A stretch of 56,355 nt of DNA from Octopus bimaculoides (taxonomy: Eukaryota), in contig NC_068983.1 in NCBI RefSeq assembly GCF_001194135.2, positions 121,507,873 to 121,564,227 on the forward strand. Reading direction: 5' to 3'. The notes under the pieces were generated by a model that was not told the DNA's origin, did not search any database, and saw only the letters and a program-made list of their open reading frames with translations. Position numbers and translations under genes: made by a program. Each line of letters opens with the position of its first letter. Position 1 is the stretch's first letter. Positions 1-11,770 of this stretch are shown here, piece after piece.

Positions 1-353
1 CGGTTGATGGCGTCCATCCCCAACACCACGTCAATCTCATCCACCAAGCAGCCAACTACTATTGCTTGCAGCGTTAGCTTTGCTCCCTGCACCTCAATCT
101 GCACGTCAGTAATGCCTTCACAGCGTACCTCTCTTCCGTCGACTGCCCTCACACTGCTTTCTCCACTCCACGTCTCTACCACTCTCGGAGCCATCAGAGT
201 CGTTGTACAGCCCGTGTCCACAACGGCACGCGACATCTTCCCATCCACTAGCACATCAACAACGGGTAGAAAAAATTGCGCCGTTAATGATCTGAAAGGG
301 AGACCGCTGGCGCAGTAGTCTCCCTTAGACCGTTTCCCTGCAGACATTCTCTG
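1..353 (-). mobile_element. Ty3/gypsy-like LTR retrotransposon: gag 3' end and retropepsin (aspartic protease) of pol, running off the window start
   Basis: One minus frame is open across 1-353: ...FLPVVDVLVDGKMSRAVVDTGCTTTLMAPRVVETWSGESSVRAVDGREVRCEG...DVVLGMDAINR (DTG active-site motif, LG.D motif). An overlapping frame ends RECLQGNGLRETTAPAVSLSDH* (gag-like end). Confidence 0.88.
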
Positions 354-1215
354 NNNNNNNNNNNNNNNNNNNNNNNNNNNNNNNNNNNNNNNNNNNNNNN
401 NNNNNNNNNNNNNNNNNNNNNNNNNNNNNNNNNNNNNNNNNNNNNNNNNNNNNNNNNNNNNNNNNNNNNNNNNNNNNNNNNNNNNNNNNNNNNNNNNNNN
501 NNNNNNNNNNNNNNNNNNNNNNNNNNNNNNNNNNNNNNNNNNNNNNNNNNNNNNNNNNNNNNNNNNNNNNNNNNNNNNNNNNNNNNNNNNNNNNNNNNNN
601 NNNNNNNNNNNNNNNNNNNNNNNNNNNNNNNNNNNNNNNNNNNNNNNNNNNNNNNNNNNNNNNNNNNNNNNNNNNNNNNNNNNNNNNNNNNNNNNNNNNN
701 NNNNNNNNNNNNNNNNNNNNNNNNNNNNNNNNNNNNNNNNNNNNNNNNNNNNNNNNNNNNNNNNNNNNNNNNNNNNNNNNNNNNNNNNNNNNNNNNNNNN
801 NNNNNNNNNNNNNNNNNNNNNNNNNNNNNNNNNNNNNNNNNNNNNNNNNNNNNNNNNNNNNNNNNNNNNNNNNNNNNNNNNNNNNNNNNNNNNNNNNNNN
901 NNNNNNNNNNNNNNNNNNNNNNNNNNNNNNNNNNNNNNNNNNNNNNNNNNNNNNNNNNNNNNNNNNNNNNNNNNNNNNNNNNNNNNNNNNNNNNNNNNNN
1001 NNNNNNNNNNNNNNNNNNNNNNNNNNNNNNNNNNNNNNNNNNNNNNNNNNNNNNNNNNNNNNNNNNNNNNNNNNNNNNNNNNNNNNNNNNNNNNNNNNNN
1101 NNNNNNNNNNNNNNNNNNNNNNNNNNNNNNNNNNNNNNNNNNNNNNNNNNNNNNNNNNNNNNNNNNNNNNNNNNNNNNNNNNNNNNNNNNNNNNNNNNNN
1201 NNNNNNNNNNNNNNN

Positions 1216-1472
1216 CAAGAAGCAAAAGGTCAGAATGAAGCGTTGGACCTTACCTTGCCGACTGCAGCGGGGTACACGATCGCTCCTAATCAGAACACGT
1301 CTTTCTCGTAACGTCGCTGTTTTCTCACTGCCCCCACGTGCTAGCCTTCGACCGCGTGTCGCCGACTTCCGATCTGACCCTTCCGGTTTGGCCCTTCCAG
1401 TCTGGCTTCACCTCTGTTTGCCTCACCCCTCTCCACCACAACACATAGCTCGTCACAGCCCATAACACCACA
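1216..1472 (-). mobile_element. Probable 5' LTR/leader of the same gypsy element
   Basis: CpG-rich block upstream of gag-pol across the gap. On the minus strand it begins TGTGGTG at 1472, and composition switches abruptly to AT-rich host DNA beyond. The matching LTR is not in the window. Confidence 0.55.
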
Positions 1473-1869
1473 ATACATTAGATATATACAAGATTTACAC
1501 AGATATAAGAGTTGAAATTTTTGCCTGCCACACTAAAAAGAGTGATATCTCTGTTTATAGCAAGTGGTATTTTAATACCTTACTGAATTTTGTTTATATT
1601 TTACCAATAAAGGTGTAAACTTACTAGCCACTTTATTATTATCATCATCATCATTATTATTAATAATGGTAATGACACCTATTTAACTTTGTGTGTGTGC
1701 ATGTGTATGTATACACAGAGAAAGTTCAGCTCCAAAAAAGCCTCATGACAATAGCAAAGAAGCCCAAAGGTTGGGGTGGGCTACATCTGCTTACCTCAAA
1801 AAGGAAAGTGCAAACCCTCATCTTGGGTCCACAAGCATGACTTGCCTTATGATGGCCAATGTCTGAGGA

Positions 1870-2600
1870 TAAGCTTGGAGTGAGGTTGGGAAGTTGGAAT
1901 GTGAGCAGTCTGTGTGGAAGGGGAACTGAGGTGTGTGAGGAATTGAGGAAGAGGAGGGTGGATGTGTGCTGTGTGCAGGAGGCTAGGTGGAGGGGCCAGG
2001 GTGCAAGATTTGTGGGGGTCAAGGGAAGAAGGTACAAGTTATGGTGGTCAGAAAATGGAGGTGTGGAAATTTTGGTGAAGGAAGAAATTTGTGAGAAGGT
2101 AGTGGAGGTTAGGAGAAAGAGTGACAAAATGATGAGTAGTGTTAGCATTGGAGGAAGAAGTGATGGTGATTTGTGGGTATGGTCCACAAAGTGGAAAAGG
2201 GATCACTGAGAAAGAGTGGTTCTTGGATGAAATATTAAGTATGATAGATGAATTGGTTTTGGGCATAGGAGATTTTAATAGACATGTTGGGAAATGAATC
2301 CAGGGTTTTCAGGGTGTGCATGGGGGAAACGGAATTGGGGAGAGAAATATGGAAGGAAGGATACTGTTGGAGTTTTGTGATGAAAAAGAGTTGTGTGTGG
2401 CGAACACATGATTTAGGGAAACAGAGAAAAGGAAGGTGGCTTTCAGTGCAGGAGGGAATGAGACAAAGATTGATTTCATGTTGGTTGGCAGGAAAAACAG
2501 AAAATATCTGAGAGATGTGAAGACAATACCAGGAGAGTTGCAGCACAGGTTGGTGGTTGCTGACTTGGATAAGAGGAAAGTTAAAAAGTGTGTAAGAAAG
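1870..2600 (+). mobile_element. RTE-clade LINE apurinic endonuclease domain, frameshifted relic
   Basis: Translated pieces RLGSWNVSSL..EELRKRRVDVCCVQEARW, GDFN.HVG, GERNMEGRILLEFC..KELCVANT, IDFMLV..QHRLVVADL. Several frameshifts and stops. Confidence 0.9.
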
Positions 2601-2627
2601 GGAACAGCTGAGGAGAACCACTAAGTT

Positions 2628-2879
2628 ACAGGAACATAAACACACCAGCACCAGTTGTCAAATGGTGAGGATGGGGTGGGGGTGAACAGACACAAAGACA
2701 CACACACACACATGTGTGTGTATGTATACGTACGATGGGTGTCTTTCAGTTTCCATCTACCAAATCCACTCATAAGGCTTTTGGTCAACTAGCTTCTACA
2801 GCAGAAGACATTTGCCCAAGGTGCCACACAGTGGAACTGTGGTTGGGAAGCAAGCTTCTTACCATAGTCATGCCTGTGC
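2628..2879 (-). mobile_element. SINE family B, 5' part
   Basis: Reverse complement of the B head and body seen at 24468 and 42958 (CCTTGGGCAAATGTCTT; GATTTGGTAGATGGAAACTGAAAGA). Confidence 0.75.
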
Positions 2880-2966
2880 TTATGAATTTATACAACAAAA
2901 TAACAACATTCCAAACTTCCAGTAGTTTTAAGACTAACACTTTTAATTTAGTTTCTTATCTAATGT

Positions 2967-3350
2967 GGAGGTGCAACGGCCCAGTGGTTAGGGTGGCGGA
3001 CTCACGGTCGTAGGATCGCGGTTTCGATTCCCAGACTGGGTGTTGTGAATGTTTATTGAGCGAAATCACCTGAAGCTCCACGAGGCTCCGGCAGGGGATG
3101 GTGGCAAACCTTGCTGTACTCTTTCACCACAACTTTCTCTCATTCTTTCTTCCTGTTTCTGTTGTGTCTGTAATTCAAAGGGCCAGCCTTGTCACACTCT
3201 GTGTCACGCTGAATCACCCCCGAGAACTACGTTAAGGGTACACGTGTCTGTGGAGTGTTCAGCCACTTGCACGTTAATTTCACGAGCAGGCTGTTCCGTT
3301 GATCGGATCAACTGGAACCCTTCTCGTCGTAACCGACAGAGTGCCAACCA
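2967..3350 (+). mobile_element. tRNA-headed SINE family A (~380 bp)
   Basis: Pol III A-box-like GGCCCAGTGGTTAGG and B-box-like GGTTTCGATTCC. Body shared with copies at 4046, 12142, 14941, 26238 and 42230; (AAC)n-type tail. Confidence 0.85.
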
Positions 3351-3624
3351 ACCAACTCATCTAATAAGCGAAACATTACTTGGAGAGGAGTGCAGAGCAG
3401 TGAAGCTTCTTTTGTTGTTGTCATTGTTGTTGATAGTAGTGGCGATGGTGGTGGTGTTTTGTTTTTTTTTTTGCTGTTGTTAGCATTAAAGAGGTTGATA
3501 TGATGACACTTGAAGTCCTTTCGGTCTCTTCTCAAGACACACATTTAGCAACTCGTTCATTGGTCATTCCCTGCTCTTATCGCATGAAAGCACATGAAAA
3601 CATTTGTTACATCCTGTAGATGTT

Positions 3625-3734
3625 GTTATTGTTGTTGTTGTTGTTGTAGTTGTTGTTGTTTTTATTTTTGCTGTTGTGGCAGCTGTTGCTATTGTTGTTG
3701 ATGACGATTATTATTGACATCATTACTACCACCG

Positions 3735-3765
<31 letters not shown>

Positions 3766-3890
3766 CGCCGCTACTGCTGCTATTGCCGTCGCTACTGCTT
3801 CTGCCGCTGCTGCTGCAGTTGCTCCTGCCGCAATTGCTGCTGCTGCCATCGCTGCTGCTGCTACCATTATTGCAGTTGCCAATGTTGCCA
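3625..3890. repeat. Compound trinucleotide microsatellite (GTT)n/(GCT)n/(GCC)n
   Basis: Direct reading; accounts for the poly-Ala/Leu/Asn ORFs in the track. Confidence 0.9.
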
Positions 3891-3939
3891 CTGCTGCAAA
3901 AAAGTTAAGTAAAATTACCTTCTTGAGTCACACTGACTC

Positions 3940-4550
3940 CTAAGGGCTGGTTTCCCGGTTTCATGGTGTATATATTTCTCACCTGGATGGGATGCTGGTC
4001 TGTTGCAGGATTACTCAATTTTGCCAGCGGAGTGGGCTGGAGCTGTTGTTGTTGGCACTCTGTCGCTTATGACGTCGAGGGTTTCAGTTGATCTGATCAA
4101 CGGAACAGCCTGCTCGTGAAATTAACGTCTAAGTGGCTGAGCAATCCACAGATGCGTGTACCCTTAACGTAGTTCTCGGGGATATTCAGCGTGACACAGT
4201 GTGACAAGGCTGGCCCTTTGAATTACAGGCACAACAGAAACAGGAAGCAAGAGTGAGAGAAAGTTGTGGTGGAAGAGTACAGCAGGGTTCACCACCATCC
4301 CCTACTGGAGCCTCATGGAGCTTTAGGTGTTTTTGCTCAATAAACACTCACAATGCCCGGCCTGGGAATCAAAACCGCGATCCTATGACCACAAGTCTGC
4401 TGCCCTAACCACAGGGCCATTGCGCTTCCACTGGACTGGAGCAACAAGAAATGAAATGTTTTGCTCAAAAACACAATGCATCCCCAGTCCAGGAATTGAA
4501 ACCACAATTTTACAATCATGAGTCCAACACCCTAACTACTAAGCCATGTA
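3940..4550 (-). mobile_element. SINE family E interrupted by a family A SINE (about 4046-4430, minus)
   Basis: The E halves match the uninterrupted copy at 47478-47722. The A copy is flanked by GG(G/A)CTGGAGC on both sides. Confidence 0.8.
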
Positions 4551-4740
4551 CCTCCACTACCACTAACACTGCTGCCACTGCCACCACCACGACTGCCACT
4601 GTTGCTGCTGTCATCATCTTCATCAACATAATCATCATCACAATCATTGTTGTCTTCATCATCACCACCACACCACACTACACCACACCAACAACAACAA
4701 CTACAACTACAACAACAACAATGATAATAATCCACAACAA
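4545..4740. repeat. Compound (CAC)/(CAT)/(AAC) trinucleotide low-complexity tract
   Basis: Direct reading. Confidence 0.85.
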
Positions 4741-5101
4741 TATTGGTTTCAAATTTTGGCACAAGGTTAACAATTTTGGGGGTAAGTGGGTAAGTCAATT
4801 ATATCGGCCGCCAGTGTTCAACTGGTTCTTATGAAAGGCAAAGCCGTCCTCAGCAGAATTTGATTATCCGCAATATTATTCGTTACTCTTCTTTGTACCA
4901 AAAGTGACATAAATAAACACCAATACAACAGTACAGGAATACAACACCACTGTCTTGAATCTCTTCCATTCTACACATAAACTACACATATTTAACACTC
5001 TCTACTCAAGAATAATACCTAACTCAGTATTTCTACATATGCTAGAACTCACAATCTCTTGTAATCCCTCATATGACATCATATACATACATACATACAT
5101 G

Positions 5102-5182
<81 letters not shown>

Positions 5183-5606
5183 NNNNNNNNNNNNNNNNNN
5201 NNNNNNNNNNNNNNNNNNNNNNNNNNNNNNNNNNNNNNNNNNNNNNNNNNNNNNNNNNNNNNNNNNNNNNNNNNNNNNNNNNNNNNNNNNNNNNNNNNNN
5301 NNNNNNNNNNNNNNNNNNNNNNNNNNNNNNNNNNNNNNNNNNNNNNNNNNNNNNNNNNNNNNNNNNNNNNNNNNNNNNNNNNNNNNNNNNNNNNNNNNNN
5401 NNNNNNNNNNNNNNNNNNNNNNNNNNNNNNNNNNNNNNNNNNNNNNNNNNNNNNNNNNNNNNNNNNNNNNNNNNNNNNNNNNNNNNNNNNNNNNNNNNNN
5501 NNNNNNNNNNNNNNNNNNNNNNNNNNNNNNNNNNNNNNNNNNNNNNNNNNNNNNNNNNNNNNNNNNNNNNNNNNNNNNNNNNNNNNNNNNNNNNNNNNNN
5601 NNNNNN

Positions 5607-5662
<56 letters not shown>

Positions 5663-5674
5663 TAAATATATATA

Positions 5675-6530
5675 TACAAGGTGAGATCAAAAATTCCTGG
5701 ACAGGTTCTGTAGTTCATCAACAGATGGCAGCACACAGTTGCGTGCACAGTGAGACCTAATAGTGAGCCTCATGAGGCTGTGTGCCAAGTGATATCACTG
5801 TGTTCACTTCACAAATTGTGAAATTTGTGATTTTGTGATCATGTGTATGTTGTAATCTGCAATTTTTGTCGTGTACAGGCTGTTGGAACAATGAACCAAC
5901 GTGAAATTTTGTATTAAACTTCGGAAGTCGGCTACAGAGACAGTGAGTATGCATTGGCAAACTTACAACAAGGGGACAGTGTGTCGTAGACAATGTTTCA
6001 AGTGGCACAGGTGCACGACAGCGCTGTAACTCACTCAAGAGCATACTCATTGTTTTTCCTGTCATCTGTGGTATTGTGCATTGAGAGTTTGCCCTCCAGA
6101 GCCAGGCAGTCAATTGAGAGTTCTACTGTAACGTTTTGAAACATTTGAGGGAGGATATTTAGCAAAAGTGACCGGATCTGTGAAGCACAAAGAATTTAAT
6201 TCTTCACAGCAACAATGCTCCCTGTCACTGAGCTCTCCTCACTCATGAGTTTCCTGCCAAAAACAACATGGCATTGCTTCCACACCCACCCTATTTGCCC
6301 GATTTAGCAGCTGCAGACTTCCATTTCTATCCCAACATGAAAATGCAGTTCAAAGGTCACTTTTTTAACACTGTTATCAAGATCAAGAGCAAATCGTAGA
6401 AGGACCATGACTTGCTTACAAAATATGACTTCCAGGTCAGATTCCCAAAGTGGAAGGAACACTGGGACTGGTGTATTACTGCACAAGGTAACTATTTCGA
6501 AGGAGATGATGGTAAAACTTAAGTTACATA
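5675..6530 (+). mobile_element. Mariner transposon relic with internal deletion
   Basis: TIR-like start TACAAGGTGAGATCAAAAATTCC after TA. Translated pieces VKFCIKLRKSATET..QCFKWH, EFYCNVLKHLRE, LHSNNAPCH, LPHPPYLPDLAAADF (YSPDLAP-like), HWDWCITAQGNYFEGD; many stops. Confidence 0.9.
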
Positions 6531-6842
6531 AGAAAATAAACAATCCATTGCTAGATAAACTAGTTTTCTCTGTCTTCTTTTCTCTCTCTCCACCCTCTCA
6601 TCAGCCTGCTCTATTGAGTTTCACCCATTCTTGTGATGTTTACACTAAATAATTTTACACAGTAATTTTCCCATTAAACTATGACAACAGACATCATCAA
6701 GTGATTAAAAAGTGTGCTTAACAATTACCCCAATGGTATTTGATTATATTACCTAGTATCTTTGGAAAGACCTTCAACCATAACCATGTAAATGTAGTTG
6801 GGTGGATAGAAAATGAGTTGAAACTCATCAGATCAGCTGTAC

Positions 6843-7075
6843 CTGTTATTATTCTTGGATAGTAGAGATAATTCATTGCCTTGTTTAACACCACCACCTG
6901 ATCCTTGGGAGTCTTTGAAAAAATCCATCCTGTTACATATATTCAAACTTCCTTCCTTCTTCCCATCTATCTCAGAAGTCTGCATAGGTGTCATAGAAGA
7001 TGATCCCTCCCATCTGACTGAACGAATAGTTATTGAATGATACACCACAGTTTAGTAATGTCACAAAACATATCT
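6843..7075 (-). mobile_element. Possible highly decayed non-LTR reverse-transcriptase fragment
   Basis: One minus frame gives GVKQGNELSLL (resembles RT motif GVxQGxxLSPLL); another gives IIFYDTYADF (loosely resembles FxDxxKAFD). Short matches only. Confidence 0.35.
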
Positions 7076-9144
7076 ATGTAAACAATAGATTTTTAAAAAT
7101 ATAATTTAAAACTTTTGTAAATTAATATTAATGTCTGAGGAATGTGAAAACTCAACATGTTCATAAAATAGTTATCTGTGTATCATATTTAATGTAAATA
7201 AATAATAAAAAAGAAATTTACAGCTACCAAAATAGTTTATGCTTTTAAACACAGCAAGCCCATAAGAGATACTACCTTTGCAAGTAAATCTGCTTTTTCA
7301 TAAAGTATTTACATTAAATATGAGACGTGGATGACTATTTTATTCCAATACTGTTCAAAAGGAGAATTAGATTAAAATTGAGTAAAAGAATTATTACAGA
7401 CAGTAGAAGATATTTATAACTTTACTTTGCATATGATTAACAAAACAAAATAAAGTTATATTGTTGTATTTTGGGGTGGTCTCCCCACTCCAAATAAACA
7501 CCCGCACTGTATATTTGTTCTTCCCTTATTTATTACTGTTCTTATTTTAGCTCTATTGTCCAGAAATCTTGAATGGCTAGAGGTGCCATAGCCTGACTAT
7601 GCTACAATGCAATTACAAAAATAGCTTTCCTGATACGCTACAGAGTGAAGAACAAATATATAATGTGTGTGTTTATTTGGTAACAAAAAAAAAAAAAAAC
7701 ATCCTGAAATACAATATCTGCTTCAACACACGGTTTCACATCGGGAATCTTGCAACACAAATTCATAAACGTAAAATATAAAGTTATAGTTTTCTAACAA
7801 TTTTCCAAATTGTTTTAACTTTACAGTATACTTTTGTTGATTTTTCTTTCTTCTTTTGAACTTTCCCTACGAAGTCCACTGATATTTACTTTTTATTTCA
7901 AGGGTCCAACAAAGAAAATTGATTGAGAGTCAGTTGAGTAAGACAAAAAGAAAAAAAAAACTGATCTTCAACCTTAACTGTTACTACAGGACTATCCCAG
8001 ATTACTATGGGAACCACCTCTCCTCCTGAGATTAAACTATGAATATGAAAAAAAAAAAATGAAATGAAATAAAGCTCTCTGTGTGAGTGTCTATGTTCGT
8101 TTGTGTGTGAGATGTAATCAAGAGGGGTCTTCATTGCTCTCATAGCAAACAAATATTGCTGAAACTTCTCTGCAATTAAAGACAACACTGAAAAAAAATC
8201 TGTTTGGAAGGGAAACAATGAATTATTTTTCAGAAGTTATTTCCCTTGAAAACAATTTATATATTATTGATTTCAAATTTTAGCACACGGCCAGCAGTTT
8301 CGGGTAATGGACTAAGTCGATTGCATTGATCTCAGTGCTTATCTAAGCATTTGTCCTAATGATTCTGCCAGCTCGCTTATTTACCTCTAAAGAAAACATT
8401 TATTATTCAATTACATCTTGGATGCAGTATAGAAATATTAAACTGATCCTGTTCTGGACTGCTATTCTATCTCAAAATTAAAGGGCAATAAATTTGACTT
8501 TGGCACTACGTATATAAACTTTGTTTGTAAAGGGCAGTAACTACATACGCAAACATTTCGTCCAACGATACTAGTATTCTGTTAATTCAGTCCCCTTGTC
8601 ATAAAACATTGTGGTATAGCCGAAGACTGGGTTTTCAGTGTTGGCTTTTAAGTGGTAGTGTTAGTAAGGGATAGAGGGGGAGACGCGATGAAGTCCGCCC
8701 TGAGTAATACTTTTATGGAAGCGGCAATTTTATGTCTTCTGTTTAAGCTTGTATATGGCGTATAAGTCTCCTGGGAAAGTGGCAACGAACTCAGGTGCAG
8801 CACATAACTTTGCTACGCCACTGATCTTAAGCTCTTTTTTCAACCCTACTTTTTTTGTGCTCAGCACTTACTACTCTTATTTAACGAAGGGATTGTAATT
8901 CAAATGTATAACCCACAGTCTCTTTTATGGGTGCTAACGTATATCCCTGACGTAGAAATTGGTATGGATTCTCTTGGAAATCAGTGATCCTAACAGATTC
9001 TGGTAGAATAAGAAAATATCAGTTCCAGTGATATACCATGCTCAGTTCAATCAACTATATCATTCCATTACAAATTTGTAACTTTGTGCTAATATAGGAA
9101 ATTATTTTAAATATAGTTAAAAATGATGGAGTAGCCGATCATAT

Positions 9145-9720
9145 ACGAAGTGTATTCTAGAAGTTTCCTAACTTTTTTTAGGAGAAACATTTATTAATTT
9201 CACAGAAGTACAAAAACTCCAATTTATTTCAGAATAGGATCCTCTGACCTCAATCCACTTGCTGTAGAGCTCCAGACTCTCTGTGAAGGCCCCATGGAAG
9301 TCTTCCAAAGTAAAAGTGCCTGGAACCTTTGTCAAGGCCTTCTTCATCTTCAAAGCTACCGTCCATGAGGTTCTCCTTCAGTTTAAAGAACAACCAAAAG
9401 TCACTGGGACCAAGGTATGAACGGGAGAGAGGGTGAGGGGCAGCCAAGTAGTTGGTTACCAGGATGTTTGTCACTGCACATCTTGGGAACAAACTTGCAC
9501 ATGTTCAGATTTTCATGAATAATTTGGTGTACAGTTGCTACACCAACTCCAAACTGTGTGGTTAATGTCTTTACGGACACTCGATGGTCATCATCCAAAA
9601 AACTGTGAATTTTTTCAACTGGATCTGATGTTCTGATATGTCTCTTCTTCATGCACCCCTCATCAGCTCTCTTTTCCTCTCTACTACCCTTGAACCTCTT
9701 GTGCTAGTGAAAAAGTTAAT
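9145..9720 (-). mobile_element. Second mariner relic, internally deleted
   Basis: Minus ORFs give DDDHRVSVKTLTTQFGVGVATVHQIIHENLNMCKFVPK (HTH plus WVP-like), PHPLSRSYLGPSDFWLFFKLKENL and LYSKWIEVRGSY (C-terminus). Confidence 0.85.
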
Positions 9721-11170
9721 CCATAATCAGTCTGGGGCATTTCATAAGTTTCTGTAACGTTTTTGCCCAGTTTAACACAAATCTTTATTGCATAGCAAGC
9801 TTCCAAACATCCCACTGCATTCTGCAAACTAGCAGTGTTTAGTAGGGTGTGTTCAAAGTGTTGTTACATCTGTCTCCTTCAGTCTGGTATATAAAAGTTG
9901 GCAGGTCAACTTATTCAATGTATAGCAAAATATAAACTAAAATTATAATAATTTCAGACAATTATAATTGCCTCTCTTGAAAAAATCTCAAAATTTCTGA
10001 TGTTCACCTTGTACCTACCATGATATATTTTCGTCACTCAACACACTCAGTTCAAACTTTACTGCAGTTGACTTTTTTTAATATTGTTCTACAATAAAAA
10101 AAAAATCAGTACCAATCATAGGAATTGCATCAGTCTAATTAATTATACTCCTTCTTCCCTGATTTTATTGTTCTTGTTCCTTTATGAGAAATCGTTATGA
10201 ACAATGTCACATCAGCAGAAAATGAGCTTTTACATCCACTTATGTATTATTGAAGGCAATGCCATCTATTAATCCCCATTCAAGTTTATTTTAAATGAAG
10301 TTAGGCATCTCATGAATAAATTGATTTCAATCCATGGTCATTTGTTTTTATTCATTTTGTAGGTGTGCTATGTTTAACATGTTGAATAATTAATAAGAGA
10401 AAAAAATTATCTTCAGCAATGTTTATTAACAACGCTAAACATTTTTAATATACATAATGTACAATTTATTATATGCATGTTATATATGTGAATTAAGAAA
10501 TAATGAAATTGTCAAAAAAGGAGGGCTGAAATGGTATATGGTATATATATATATATATATATATATATNNNNNNNNNNNNNNNNNNNNNNNNNNNNNNNN
10601 NNNNNNNNNNNNNNNNNNNNNNNNNNNNNNNNNNNNNNNNNNNNNNNNNNNNNNNNNNNNNNNNNNNNNNNNNNNNNNNNNNNNNNNNNNNNNNNNNNNN
10701 NNNNNNNNNNNNNNNNNNNNNNNNNNNNNNNNNNNNNNNNNATATATATGTATATATATTTTATTTTATTTAAAAGAGTTCCAACTCTGTCTGTTTTTTA
10801 TGTTTTATTTATATTCTTGTAAAATTAATGTGGGATATAGAATATGGAATATATGATATATAATATAAAAATAGATGGTACAATGAAATGAAGTATTGAA
10901 TGTCTTATTGAATATATGAAATATTGAGTGCTCAATATAAAGAATTAAATATATAAAGGCGAATACGTATTTTCATACCTTGTGGTATTCATCAAGGCCT
11001 TCGTCTGACAGACTGTAATACACATATATATATAGTTAATAAAATAACATATATCAGAAAGAAGCACACTTTAAAAAGTAGACCAGTAATTACTATAACA
11101 AAATTTAATATCTTGGGCAACTCTATGTTCAACATATAAAATTTTGTTGTAATATATGATATATATATTT

Positions 11171-11573
11171 AGGTGCAGGCATGGCTATGTGGTAAGAAGC
11201 TTGCTTCCTAACCACATGGTTCCAGATTCAGTCTGTGTGACACCTTGAGAAAGTGTCTTCTACTATATTCTAAGACCAACCAAAACCTTGTGACTGAATT
11301 TGATAGATGGAAATTAAAAAAAGCCCATCGTATATGTATATATATATGTATGTGTGTGTGTCTCTGAGTCTGTGTTTGTCTCCCACCATTGCTTGACAAC
11401 CGGTGTTCTTTATGTCTCTGTAACTTAGCAGTTCAGCAAAACTGGCCAATAGAATAATTACCAGGCTTGAAAAGTATTGGAGTGAATTTGTTTGACTTAC
11501 AGGTCTCCAAGGTAGTGCCCAGCATGGCTACAGTTTGATGACTGGAACAAGTAAAAGATAAAAAATAAAAGAT
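11171..11573 (+). mobile_element. SINE family B (~420 bp, internal TA/TG microsatellite)
   Basis: Head GCAGGCATGGCTATGTGGTAAG; 3' end CAGCATGGCTACAG...GACTGGAACAAGTAAAAGA; same structure as other B copies. Confidence 0.85.
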
Positions 11574-11770
11574 ATGTAAACTTGATACCAGTTCAAATAT
11601 GTCTGAAAGGTATTTAAATCTGTAAAAGGCATTTCATTACAGTTTGTCTTGAAGGAAGAAATTCTTGAAACAAAAGGGTGTCTTGAACTAATTTATACTT
11701 GTGTTTATCTTGGTTTTCCTCTACATATGCTCTTTATATCATATCTACTAACACTACTAACACTACAACA

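Noticed and set aside
2967-3040. tRNA gene-like sequence (also at the heads of the other A, B, C and E copies)
   Set aside because: A/B boxes are present but there is no complete cloverleaf, and each continues into a shared SINE body. A relationship to the tRNA-Arg-derived OR SINEs described from Octopus is possible but needs alignment.
3607-3943. Poly-Ala/poly-Leu ORFs resembling signal-peptide or antifreeze-like proteins
   Set aside because: Pure trinucleotide microsatellite, open in several frames on both strands, with no splice or homology support.
7898-8218. 106-aa minus ORF
   Set aside because: Runs through poly-T and CA tracts; no recognisable domain or consistent exon chain.
8810-8822. 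GCTACGCCACTG, a MITE-like terminus
   Set aside because: No matching partner terminus or TSD found by eye.
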